Part shown: positions 6,690 to 15,680 of the stretch, in pieces
How the letters are laid out: every line of letters begins with the position of its first letter
Numbering within the stretch: the stretch's first letter is position 1
Assembly (NCBI GenBank): GCA_016840065.1
Contig: JAEOTB010000117.1
Location: 1 to 31,135 of the forward strand
Length of the DNA: 31,135 nt
Direction: 5' to 3'
Source of the DNA: Candidatus Hermodarchaeota archaeon
GTDB lineage: Archaea; Asgardarchaeota; Hermodarchaeia; Hermodarchaeales; Hermodarchaeaceae
The notes under the pieces: model-generated
Told to the model about the DNA's origin: nothing
The model's database searches: none
The model's input: the letters and a program-made list of their open reading frames with translations, nothing else
Translations under genes and position numbers: made by a program

Positions 6690-8432
6690 ATGTCGCTCAA
6701 ACTTGATGCTATTATTGAGCTTATAGTCACAAAGTCTGGTAAAACAAAAGACGAAGTAATCAAGCTCATTGATGCGAAAAGGAAAGAACTCGATGGCTAT
6801 GTAACTGATGAGGGCGCAGCCTCCCTTGTAGCGCGTGAGCTAGATCTTGACCTTTTTGAGAAGCAATCAGCTCCAGAACTGAAGCTTTCAGTACGTGACC
6901 TAGTATCTGGGATGTCTGGTGTTTCACTAAATCTAAGGGTTCTACGCGTCTATCCTGTTCGAACGTTCACAAGGAAGCAGGGCGGCGAGGGGAAAGTAGC
7001 TAATGTGTTATGCTCAGATACAACAGGGTCTATTCGTCTGACGTTATGGTCACAGCATACAAAAATAATTTCGGACCGAGAAATCGAAGAGGGCGACATA
7101 ATCCGAGTAATAAATTGCCGGGTTAAAACTGGTCTACGAGAACAACTTGAACTCCACCTCGGAGTAGGCAGCCGTGTGATGATGAACCCCCCCGATGTCG
7201 ATGCGTCTGAGTTCCCCGAAGCAGCCTTGGTGTTTACTAAAATCGTAAATCTGAGAGAGGGGATGAGCGATGTTCATGTTCAGGGAACCATAAAGGCAAA
7301 GTACCGGAAAACCACCTTCAGCCGAGGAGAGAGTGAAGGAGTGGTTGCAAATCTTTCAATTGGAGATGAGTCAGGACAAACAAGACTAGTGCTCTGGGAT
7401 GAGCAAGCTGAGTGGTTTGACAAGATAGAGATTGATGATATGATCAGAGTTGAGAGTGGATATGTACGGCTCGACCGAAACAAGATACCTGAACTCCATG
7501 TTGGAAGAAGGGGGCGAATAACTCGTCATGGTGCTGCGACCGTTGAACGATCTGCTACTGCTCCTGCCAGAATGGTATTTCTTAAAGATATCAAAGCAGG
7601 AGATTACGTAACCGCGCTTGGAGTCATTGTAATAGCCAATCATGGAATCAAGACCTTCACTAGAAAAGATGGAAGCGAAGGAAAACGCCTCGTCCTTATT
7701 CTTGCCGATGGAACAGGCCAGGTCAGAGCTGTTGCGTGGGGGAGTGCTGCAGACGACCTTGCTGACTTGACTGAAGGTACATTACTAAAAATCGAAAACG
7801 CTGGATGCAGAGTAGGTCTCAACGAAGAACTTGAACTACACATTAACAAATGGACAAAGGTCAAGAGGAATCCATCAGGGCTTGAAATAGAATCTCCCTC
7901 CACAGAGCCGATAAGGACAGAGGGGAGCGTATCACAAAGCCAACTGCTTTCCGGTGTCACACAGGGAAACCAAGTTACGATTCGTGGAACTATCGTACAG
8001 GTTTTTCACCAAAAGAGCGTATACGATGCATGTCCAAAATGCTCTCGAAAGGTCACTATTAGTAATAGTACAACTACTTGTCCTAAATGCGGTAAAATCT
8101 CGCAATCAGTACCGAGAATCATTGCACAAATCATCATCGACGATGGAACCGAGAATATGCGTGCCCGGTTCATAGGTGCTCCCGCAGAGAAGCTGTTTGG
8201 GATGACCAGTACAGAGGCAAAGGCTATCGTAGAGGAGTCTGGCGAAGATGACGAACCTATCAGGAGAGTAGAAGAAAGCCTTCTAGGTAGAGAAATAGTG
8301 GTCTCGGGTCGAGTGCGACTAAATAACTTCTCGAATGAACTTGAAATCGCCGTAAATTCCGTTGAAGAACCAAACGCGATAGGTGAAGCGAAGCGTCTTG
8401 TTGAAGAGATAGAACGAGGAACTCAGACCTAG
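6690..8432 (+). CDS. rpa: Replication protein A large subunit (multi-OB-fold ssDNA-binding protein with Zn finger)
   Basis: Three OB repeats (F.R..G.EG.V..D.TG.IRL.LW) plus a C-terminal OB fold with CPKC..CPKC and IDDGT, as in RPA70 DBD-C. Confidence 0.92.
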   Translation: MSLKLDAIIELIVTKSGKTKDEVIKLIDAKRKELDGYVTDEGAASLVARELDLDLFEKQSAPELKLSVRDLVSGMSGVSLNLRVLRVYPVRTFTRKQGGEGKVANVLCSDTTGSIRLTLWSQHTKIISDREIEEGDIIRVINCRVKTGLREQLELHLGVGSRVMMNPPDVDASEFPEAALVFTKIVNLREGMSDVHVQGTIKAKYRKTTFSRGESEGVVANLSIGDESGQTRLVLWDEQAEWFDKIEIDDMIRVESGYVRLDRNKIPELHVGRRGRITRHGAATVERSATAPARMVFLKDIKAGDYVTALGVIVIANHGIKTFTRKDGSEGKRLVLILADGTGQVRAVAWGSAADDLADLTEGTLLKIENAGCRVGLNEELELHINKWTKVKRNPSGLEIESPSTEPIRTEGSVSQSQLLSGVTQGNQVTIRGTIVQVFHQKSVYDACPKCSRKVTISNSTTTCPKCGKISQSVPRIIAQIIIDDGTENMRARFIGAPAEKLFGMTSTEAKAIVEESGEDDEPIRRVEESLLGREIVVSGRVRLNNFSNELEIAVNSVEEPNAIGEAKRLVEEIERGTQT

Positions 8433-8487
8433 AGCCCTTATCCTTAAACCTAAATAGGATGACTGAATATTCTAATTGGGTAATAAA

Positions 8488-8742
8488 ATGGGTCGGCGAA
8501 GAAGAAAAATTACGCATAGGCGTCAAATCCGCACAACCCCTACGATTTTTGGATGTCCTAAATGCGGGCGTTCAGCCGTACGTGTAGAGCTAGATTACAA
8601 AGTTGGGCAAGGTTTGGTCTTTTGCGGCAACTGTGAGTGTCAGGCAACTATACCAATCACCTCGATAACCGAGCCAGTCGATGTTTATGGTGACTGGGTG
8701 GATATCGTCAGCCAAGAGCGGAAGGGAAGCGTCACTGAATAG
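8488..8742 (+). CDS. elf1: Transcription elongation factor Elf1
   Basis: MGRRRRK basic N-terminus, FGCPKCG..CGNC, TEPVDVYGDWVD signature; start set at ATG 8488. Confidence 0.9.
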   Translation: MGRRRRKITHRRQIRTTPTIFGCPKCGRSAVRVELDYKVGQGLVFCGNCECQATIPITSITEPVDVYGDWVDIVSQERKGSVTE

Positions 8743-8791
8743 GCTGGCAGTAAACCTTTTTATCAACCTCCAACTCTTCGCATAGAAAGCG

Positions 8792-9484
8792 ATGAAAGTA
8801 TGCTGTATAATCCCTGCCTATCAGGAATCACAGGCTATCGCACAAGTCGTAAGCACTACCAGACAGTACATTGATTGCGTTTTTGTAATAGATGATGGAA
8901 GTACTGATGGAACGGGTGATATCGCCCTAAAAAATGGGGCAGTTGTACTTCGACACCCAAGGAATATTGGTAAGGGTGCAGCTCTTAGAACTGGCTTCTG
9001 GAAAGCCCTTCAAACGGGGTGTGACATCATCATCACACTCGATGGGGATGGGCAACACGACCCACATCTCATACCACGATTTTTAATAAAAATCCGACAA
9101 GAAAGAGCTGATGTTGTTGTAGGATCCCGCTACACGACTTTAGCCGATAGTATGCCATTCTTTCGTAAACTTAGTAATTTGATGACTTCTAGGCTATTAC
9201 GGATATTCTTTAGGATACCAGTAACTGATTCGCAGAGCGGTTATAGGGCTTTCAGTAAGCGGATACTCAAATGGATTAAGGTTCGTGATAACGGGTTTGC
9301 CGCAGAGACAGAGATTTTAATCGATGCAAAGAGAGCTGGGGGTACTTTTGCTGAGGTCCCAATATCAACTATATATGGATCCGAGGAATCAAAGATTCGA
9401 GCTTCACGGGATATTGCTCGTTGGCTTTCCACTCTTTTTAGGAACTTCATTTATCGTGAACGCTTTGCACGCAAGATTGAGTAG
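8792..9484 (+). CDS. GT2 glycosyltransferase, dolichol-phosphate hexosyltransferase (DPM1-like)
   Basis: IIPAYQE, VIDDGSTDGT, NIGKGAA, TLDGDGQHDP, VVGSR, TDSQSGYRAF. Confidence 0.9.
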   Translation: MKVCCIIPAYQESQAIAQVVSTTRQYIDCVFVIDDGSTDGTGDIALKNGAVVLRHPRNIGKGAALRTGFWKALQTGCDIIITLDGDGQHDPHLIPRFLIKIRQERADVVVGSRYTTLADSMPFFRKLSNLMTSRLLRIFFRIPVTDSQSGYRAFSKRILKWIKVRDNGFAAETEILIDAKRAGGTFAEVPISTIYGSEESKIRASRDIARWLSTLFRNFIYRERFARKIE

Positions 9485-10416
9485 AGGAATAAGCCTACTC
9501 CTATGAGTAGCACTATTACTACGAATGTAAACCAGATTGGCGTCGGGTCGTAGATTTCTGATCTCGTCATCCAGTTGAATAGACGGTACCAGAGAATAGC
9601 ATTATCGCCTGATTGGAACCAGGAGCTGTTCAGCCCTGCACATAACGTGTCCGAGAACATGGTCGTTGATGAACACAATACAATACGAGCAGAACCTGTC
9701 GCAAAAGCAGCTAGCCAAGGTGGTTGTTCTTGTATGATTTGACCATCAATCGATACAGCCCGTGAGGAATTCGCTCCTCGGGAAACTACTAAGCTAGAAT
9801 CGTTAGTTGATAGTGAACCCCCTGCAATATAGACATCTCCGATTCCTGAAAAAATGGCTGCTTGGATTTCACTGGTTACTCCCGCTGAACTTATTCTAAC
9901 ATTGAAGGGAACAGTGATATTGTTCACTGGGTCTGTTATCGAATCGCCTTGAGTAGTGTTAGCTTTCTCAAAAGTAGTGAAGGAGACTCGGTTTTCCGAA
10001 ATTACACTGAGGATTTGGTTAAGCGCTTCCGGATTACCAATTTGCCTTTCGGCGATTTGGTAATCTCCGAGAAGGAATAGGGATCCTCCTTCTCCTACAA
10101 AGTCGGATATCGCTTCAAGCTCGGTTAATGAAAAATTGCGTCCAGGATTAGGAATTACTAAAACTTTAGCTCGATTGAGCGTAGTTGCATTTAGTTCTCC
10201 TTCATTGTGGATTCGAACGAAATATTCTGTATGAAACCTGAAGAAATTGATAGCCTGTGTGAAATTCTGCTTATCAATACTTAGCGGCTGGTCATGGCTC
10301 AAGTCAAAAACGATTGTCATTTGCCCCTCCTCGGGAAAGGCAACTGAACTATGGAAGGGCACAAGGAACACTAACAGCCCCAGCAATATCACAACAAGAC
10401 TCGTTCGGCGCAACAT
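9451..10416 (-). CDS. Secreted, C-terminally anchored GIFT/GldG-like (DUF4350-type) surface glycoprotein
   Basis: Signal peptide MLRRTSLVVILLGLLVFLVPFHSSVA; IVFDLSH..VLVIPNP..FS..E..AI..FV..GGSLFLLGD; C-terminal TM helix plus basic tail. Start ATG 10416 with SD GGTGGA. Confidence 0.65.
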   Translation of the reverse strand: MLRRTSLVVILLGLLVFLVPFHSSVAFPEEGQMTIVFDLSHDQPLSIDKQNFTQAINFFRFHTEYFVRIHNEGELNATTLNRAKVLVIPNPGRNFSLTELEAISDFVGEGGSLFLLGDYQIAERQIGNPEALNQILSVISENRVSFTTFEKANTTQGDSITDPVNNITVPFNVRISSAGVTSEIQAAIFSGIGDVYIAGGSLSTNDSSLVVSRGANSSRAVSIDGQIIQEQPPWLAAFATGSARIVLCSSTTMFSDTLCAGLNSSWFQSGDNAILWYRLFNWMTRSEIYDPTPIWFTFVVIVLLIGVGLFLYSILRAKRSR

Positions 10417-10566
10417 ATCCACCTTAAACCCTTTACTGGATAGAGCTAGGCAATCAGACAAGTCTCAGACTTTAAATCCTTTTCTAAAGTTTGCATGTTC
10501 TTGGTGGGAGTCATTCATTGACTTCATCCTTGCACAAAGAAATAAGAAGTCCCCCAACTATCAAGA

Positions 10567-11238
10567 ATGACAATGGCTGGTTCTAGGCTTGCTGCGGAAA
10601 TTCAGAGGAAGTTATTCCATTCGCTTATGGTGCTGGTAGCGGTAGTAAATTTGGTTGGTGGGCCTCCCCTTGCGATAGGGTTCGCAGGTATTTGTCTCGC
10701 TTTCTTTCTAGGGTTTGATTTCAGTCGGGTACGCGTTTACGGATACTTTCCCTTTCGACGAGTGACTGATCTTGTAATGCGTTCATCTGAACGAACACGG
10801 CTAGGTGCTAATGTGTTTTTCGCGGTGGGGACGATCTTCTCTCTACTGTTGCTCTATCTGTTGGGGTATTTTCTTCTCCAACTCGGGCTAACTTGTTATT
10901 GGATGCTCACTGGCTGGTTGGCGGTTAGCGCTGTCATAGTTTCTGCAATAGGTGATGGTGCAGCTGCGATTGTTGGTATGTCTATTGGGCGCCACAATTT
11001 AAGGAGAAACAGGACGGTCGAAGGGTCTATTGGTGGGTTCGTGTTCGGTTTTGTTGCATTCCTCGGACTTTCATATTTCATTGGTATTCCGTGGTTCTAC
11101 GGGTTCATCGCTGCTCTTATGTTAGTTCTAGTAGATGTAGTAGCGCTTTCGATTAATGATAATCTCATCAATCCCGTTGCTCTTGGGATAGTGCTTGCGA
11201 TATCAGAAATTATGTTCACGATTTTTGGAGTGGTGTGA
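10567..11238 (+). CDS. Dolichol/phytol kinase-like (CTP-dependent polyprenol kinase) membrane protein
   Basis: RKLFH, GDGAAAIVG..GRH..NRTVEGS, NDNL; multiple TM helices. Confidence 0.8.
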   Translation: MTMAGSRLAAEIQRKLFHSLMVLVAVVNLVGGPPLAIGFAGICLAFFLGFDFSRVRVYGYFPFRRVTDLVMRSSERTRLGANVFFAVGTIFSLLLLYLLGYFLLQLGLTCYWMLTGWLAVSAVIVSAIGDGAAAIVGMSIGRHNLRRNRTVEGSIGGFVFGFVAFLGLSYFIGIPWFYGFIAALMLVLVDVVALSINDNLINPVALGIVLAISEIMFTIFGVV

Positions 11239-14200
11239 TAACAGAAATGGGCTTTGATGTTGAATACTCGACAAGTCTCCGTGAAGAACTACGACGCCTT
11301 GAGGTGGTAGCGCAAGATGCTAGAAGAAAGGGATTGGATCCCAGTCGAGAGGTGGAGGTGCGTCCAGCTGATGATGTTGCGGGTCGGGTGGAGGGGTTAA
11401 TTGGACCTCCTGGGGTTGCAGATCGGATACGAGAGCTAGCCGAAGAAATGACTCCGCAAGAGATTGCCTTTAAAATCGCTCGTGAAATCGTAAACAAAGC
11501 CATTGATGGAGTTCAGGATGTCGAGGCGGCACTAGACCAAGCTATCCGAACTGCATTAGCAATACTGACAGAAGGAATTACCGCGGGGCCCATCGAAGGA
11601 ATTGCGGGAGTAAAAATAAAGAAGAATTCGGATGGCTCAGAGTACCTCGCGGTTTACTTTGCTGGACCAATTCGTGCAGCAGGAGGTACTGAGGCTGCGC
11701 TAACTGTACTCGTTGCTGATGACGTTCGACGAGTTCTTGGGTTGGATCGGTACAAGCCTTCCAGAGATATTATCGAGCGATACGTTGAGGAGATAAGTCT
11801 CTATAAAAGAGTGAGCCACCTCCAGTACCCCTCAACTCAAGAGGAAGTAAGACTTGCCGCTCAGAATGTTCCAGTAGAAGTAACTGGAGAACCCACTCTT
11901 GAAGCTGAAGTATCTGGGTATCGTGATTTGCCAGGTGTAGAGACGAATCGGCTCCGAACAGGTGCGATTCTCGTTCTAAATGACAGTATTCTAGGCAAGG
12001 CGCACAAACTAGCTAAAGAATTGAAAAGGTTGAAGCTACCTGGTTGGGACTGGCTTGAGCGCCGCACGCCTCAGAAATCAGAAAAGGCTGAAGACTCTCA
12101 GACATCGGAGACTATCAGGCCTAATGATAAATACCTCAAAGACATCATCGCTGGGCGACCAATCCTTGCATATCCCAGCAAGAAGGGAGGGTTCAGGATA
12201 CGATATGGTCGATCTAGAAATACGGGGCTGGCAGCTCTTGGAGTCCACCCCGCAACGATGGTTATCCTAGATAACTTCGTGGCCTGTGGGACTCAACTAA
12301 TAGTCGAGAGACCTGGCAAAGGTGGAATTGCCATGCCAGTTGACTCGATCCACGGACCTATTATCAAACTACACGATGGAAGCATTCACCGAGTAGATAG
12401 CGTAGCTGAAGCAAAAGAATTCAGAAGCAAGGTAGCACAAATCCTGTTCCTTGGCGACCTCCTCATCGCATTTGGAGAATTTAGGGAAAACAATCACCTC
12501 CTTGTACCAGCTGGTTATTGTGAAGAATGGTGGTCTCAAGAAACAAAACAAGCACTAGTGGATGCCCCTCCTGGTCAACTGGTGAAACTAGAAAAATGGA
12601 TAAGCCAGCAACAATTGACTAACCTCATTCAAGACCCGCTATATCAGTACCCTACACCTTGGCAAGCCCTAGCGATTTCCTCAACACTTTCTGTACCTCT
12701 TCATCCTCGTTTTACATATTTCTGGGAAGATATCACCCACGAACAACTGAATAATTTCCAGCAATGGGTACAGAGTCTTGAAGTCGTATATGAAGAAGCC
12801 AATGTAAGTGCCCTGAGAGGAGAAATTACACCTGAAATCGAATCAATTCTTGATGCGCTTTGTATCCCCTTTGAGAAGGAAGAAACCATCGCTGTTTTTC
12901 GCGAAGCCTCACCAATACTGTACTCGATGTTCATTGGAGAAAAACGGTGTCCAATTGTCAATATAGAAGATGAGAAAGCTGTTGCGTTATCCATACTCCA
13001 GCAACATTGGCGAATCCCGCTCAAATCAAAGGGAACATTCTATGTTGGCGCGCGAATAGGGCGTCCAGAGAAAGCAAAGCGTCGAGAAATGAAAGTACCA
13101 GTACACGGTCTTTTTCCAGTAGGGATGGCAGGTGGTGCAACCCGTGATCTCTTGAAAGCAGAGAAGAAAGGGAAAATAGACATCGAAACCACGCTCCGTA
13201 AGTGCCCCAAATGCGGCGAAATAGACATGTTCCTCACATGCATGGAGTGCGGTGAAGATACCACCAGTGTCAGTTGGTGCCCAATCTGCCAGGAATTCAG
13301 AAATTCACCTACTTGCAATAAATGCCAGGAAACGACAACCCCCTACGGGCTGACCACACTAAACTTGAGAAAGCAGCTCCAGCGAGTCCGACGCCTTGTC
13401 GGTGCTAGGCTCCCGCCTAGAATAAAAGGCGTGAAAGGATTAATGAGTAAACACAAAATCTCTGAACTCCCCGAAAAGGCTGCACTACGTGCCCGACACG
13501 ACCTATACGTCTACAAGGATGGCACAATCCGTTTTGATATGACCGACGCGCCCCTAACTCATTTCACACCCAAGGAAATCGATGTACCCGTTACTCGTCT
13601 CAAAGAACTTGGTTATTTCGCAGACATCCATGGCGAACCACTAACCTCTGAAGACCAAGTTCTCGAACTCAAACCACAAGATATCATAGTCCCCAGAAAT
13701 TGTGCTAACTATCTCTATCGTATCTCACACTTCATAGACGACCTACTAACAGATTTGTACCAGCTAGACCCCTACTACCGACTCAAATCTCCTGAAGATA
13801 TCCTAGGCCACCTAGTAATAGGACTAGCCCCGCATACTTCCGCAGGTATCATCGCTCGCGTCATTGGTTTCACACCATTACGCGTATGTTATGCTCATCC
13901 CTTCTGGCACGCAGCAAAACGTCGAAACGCCGACGGTGACGAAGATTCGATTCTGTTGGCGCTAGATGCATTGATTAATTTCAGTCGAGAGTTTTTACCT
14001 GCACGGCGAGGTGGTACGATGGATACACCATTAGTGCTAAGTATGTCAATTACGCCAGCTGAGGTTGATGACGAAGCGCATAACATGGATGTTGGAGGCA
14101 TTTATCCTTTAGAGTTCTATGAGCGCGCTAAGTGCTTTGTTGATCCTCGGGATGTGGAGAATGTTCTCGACATCGTCGAGCAGCGGCTAGGATCTGATGC

Positions 14201-14702
14201 TGAGAGCAGAGGTTTTCTTTATTCTCATCCCACACGTGATGCGGGGTATGGTCCCCGAGTGACATTATACACGAAACTTAAAACAATGGAGGAAAAGGTG
14301 GATCGTCAGCTGGCTTTAGGGAAGCGTATTGCCGCCGTTGACGAAAGGGATATGGTGGTTCGGTTGCTCAATTCTCATTTTCTTCCTGATATCTTCGGAA
14401 ACATCCGTGCTTACACTTCACAGAAATTCAGGTGCACAAGCTGCAATACCAAGTTTCGCCGTGTCCCCTTGGTGGGAGAGTGTACAAAATGCGGCGGAAA
14501 ACTCGTTCTTACTGTTACAAAGGCTGGAATAACAAAGTACATTGGTTTGGCGCGCCGAATCGCTGAGGAGTACGAACTATCAAAGTATTACCGACAACGC
14601 TTAGAACTAGCACAGGATATAATCGAGTCACTCTTTGCTCCAGAGGAAATCGATAAGCAACAAACAACGCTAGGGGAATTCACGGAAAAGGAAGGCGTCT
14701 AG
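11235..14702 (+). CDS. polC: DNA polymerase D large subunit DP2
   Basis: YFAGPIRAAGGT, GGFRIRYGRSRNTG, KDGTIRFDMTD, GLAPHTSAG, KRRNADGDED, C-terminal Zn finger and PIP box QTTLGEF; no intein. Confidence 0.97.
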   Translation: MITEMGFDVEYSTSLREELRRLEVVAQDARRKGLDPSREVEVRPADDVAGRVEGLIGPPGVADRIRELAEEMTPQEIAFKIAREIVNKAIDGVQDVEAALDQAIRTALAILTEGITAGPIEGIAGVKIKKNSDGSEYLAVYFAGPIRAAGGTEAALTVLVADDVRRVLGLDRYKPSRDIIERYVEEISLYKRVSHLQYPSTQEEVRLAAQNVPVEVTGEPTLEAEVSGYRDLPGVETNRLRTGAILVLNDSILGKAHKLAKELKRLKLPGWDWLERRTPQKSEKAEDSQTSETIRPNDKYLKDIIAGRPILAYPSKKGGFRIRYGRSRNTGLAALGVHPATMVILDNFVACGTQLIVERPGKGGIAMPVDSIHGPIIKLHDGSIHRVDSVAEAKEFRSKVAQILFLGDLLIAFGEFRENNHLLVPAGYCEEWWSQETKQALVDAPPGQLVKLEKWISQQQLTNLIQDPLYQYPTPWQALAISSTLSVPLHPRFTYFWEDITHEQLNNFQQWVQSLEVVYEEANVSALRGEITPEIESILDALCIPFEKEETIAVFREASPILYSMFIGEKRCPIVNIEDEKAVALSILQQHWRIPLKSKGTFYVGARIGRPEKAKRREMKVPVHGLFPVGMAGGATRDLLKAEKKGKIDIETTLRKCPKCGEIDMFLTCMECGEDTTSVSWCPICQEFRNSPTCNKCQETTTPYGLTTLNLRKQLQRVRRLVGARLPPRIKGVKGLMSKHKISELPEKAALRARHDLYVYKDGTIRFDMTDAPLTHFTPKEIDVPVTRLKELGYFADIHGEPLTSEDQVLELKPQDIIVPRNCANYLYRISHFIDDLLTDLYQLDPYYRLKSPEDILGHLVIGLAPHTSAGIIARVIGFTPLRVCYAHPFWHAAKRRNADGDEDSILLALDALINFSREFLPARRGGTMDTPLVLSMSITPAEVDDEAHNMDVGGIYPLEFYERAKCFVDPRDVENVLDIVEQRLGSDAESRGFLYSHPTRDAGYGPRVTLYTKLKTMEEKVDRQLALGKRIAAVDERDMVVRLLNSHFLPDIFGNIRAYTSQKFRCTSCNTKFRRVPLVGECTKCGGKLVLTVTKAGITKYIGLARRIAEEYELSKYYRQRLELAQDIIESLFAPEEIDKQQTTLGEFTEKEGV

Positions 14703-14706
14703 CACT

Positions 14707-15552
14707 CTAGCCTGTTTTTAAGAATATTCGGAGTAGGTCTGAATCTCTGATAATCCCACAGAGGTCTCCCTTTGCGTTCGTCACTGGCATTTGGTTGATG
14801 TTGTGTCGCCTCATGCTCTTGACAACTTCTTCAATGGTGGCTTTTTCAAAGGTTGTTATTGCTCCTCTAATCATAATCTCAGAGACCATCTTGTCAGGCA
14901 GCAGCAACTCCTTTGTTGCGATATAAAGGACTGCGGTTGCATCCCATGACCAATCCGTCCCTTCACCTGCTGCGCTCATCGATGAAGGTCTTCGTTCGCT
15001 GACGATCTCGCTCAAGCTCATAATGTCGCCCACCGATATCACGCCGACTAGCTCGCCCTTCTCCGAAAGACAAGGTAGCATATCTGCGCCAGCAAGTCGC
15101 ATTACGGCATAAGCAGTCTTTAGTGGAGTATTCTCCCAAACGCAAGCAATTCGGCGCTGTACGAAAGGCTCAATCAACTCGTCTGGATATTGGGAGCTAA
15201 TAACTCTCCTAATGATCTGATGGATTGTTATCATCCCCTTTAGCCGCCTTTTTCCATCGATTACTGGGATTTTCCGAAGGCCTTTATCAAGAAAAATTTT
15301 TGCGACATCCTCCACTTCATCTGAAGGCGAAACGGTGGGTGAATCCCTCCTCATCAATAAGGCTAACTGTTCCTCCTCAACTCTACGCATCAAATCTGCA
15401 CGGGTAACCATACCTGCAAGCTCGGTTGACCCTTTTTTCAATAGAGGTATAGTATTAGTTCCGTGTTTAGCCATTAATCGGAGAACTGTTTCCCGTGTGC
15501 CCGGGACTGTTGTGTGCACAAATTCTGTTTGCATTATTTCTCTTACTTTCAC
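14707..15552 (-). CDS. Four-CBS-domain protein
   Basis: Repeated CBS motifs (KVREIM..GMVTRADL; KIPVID..GMIT; QMPVTN..GIIRDSDL) with an archaeal DWSWD insert. Confidence 0.88.
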   Translation of the reverse strand: MKVREIMQTEFVHTTVPGTRETVLRLMAKHGTNTIPLLKKGSTELAGMVTRADLMRRVEEEQLALLMRRDSPTVSPSDEVEDVAKIFLDKGLRKIPVIDGKRRLKGMITIHQIIRRVISSQYPDELIEPFVQRRIACVWENTPLKTAYAVMRLAGADMLPCLSEKGELVGVISVGDIMSLSEIVSERRPSSMSAAGEGTDWSWDATAVLYIATKELLLPDKMVSEIMIRGAITTFEKATIEEVVKSMRRHNINQMPVTNAKGDLCGIIRDSDLLRIFLKTG

Positions 15553-15680
15553 AGCAGGCTCGCCTCAATATTTCGATGATTGAAGAATAGGGTAAATTCC
15601 GATGTTACAGAAAAATCCCAGAATGTGATATGACTAGTTAAGGCGCCTTAAAATAATTCCGTTATCCTGCCGAGTTGGTT

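Noticed and set aside
11235-14702. Intein in DP2 (also checked atpA and hef)
   Set aside because: Lengths are normal, conserved motifs are contiguous, and no splicing or LAGLIDADG motifs are visible.
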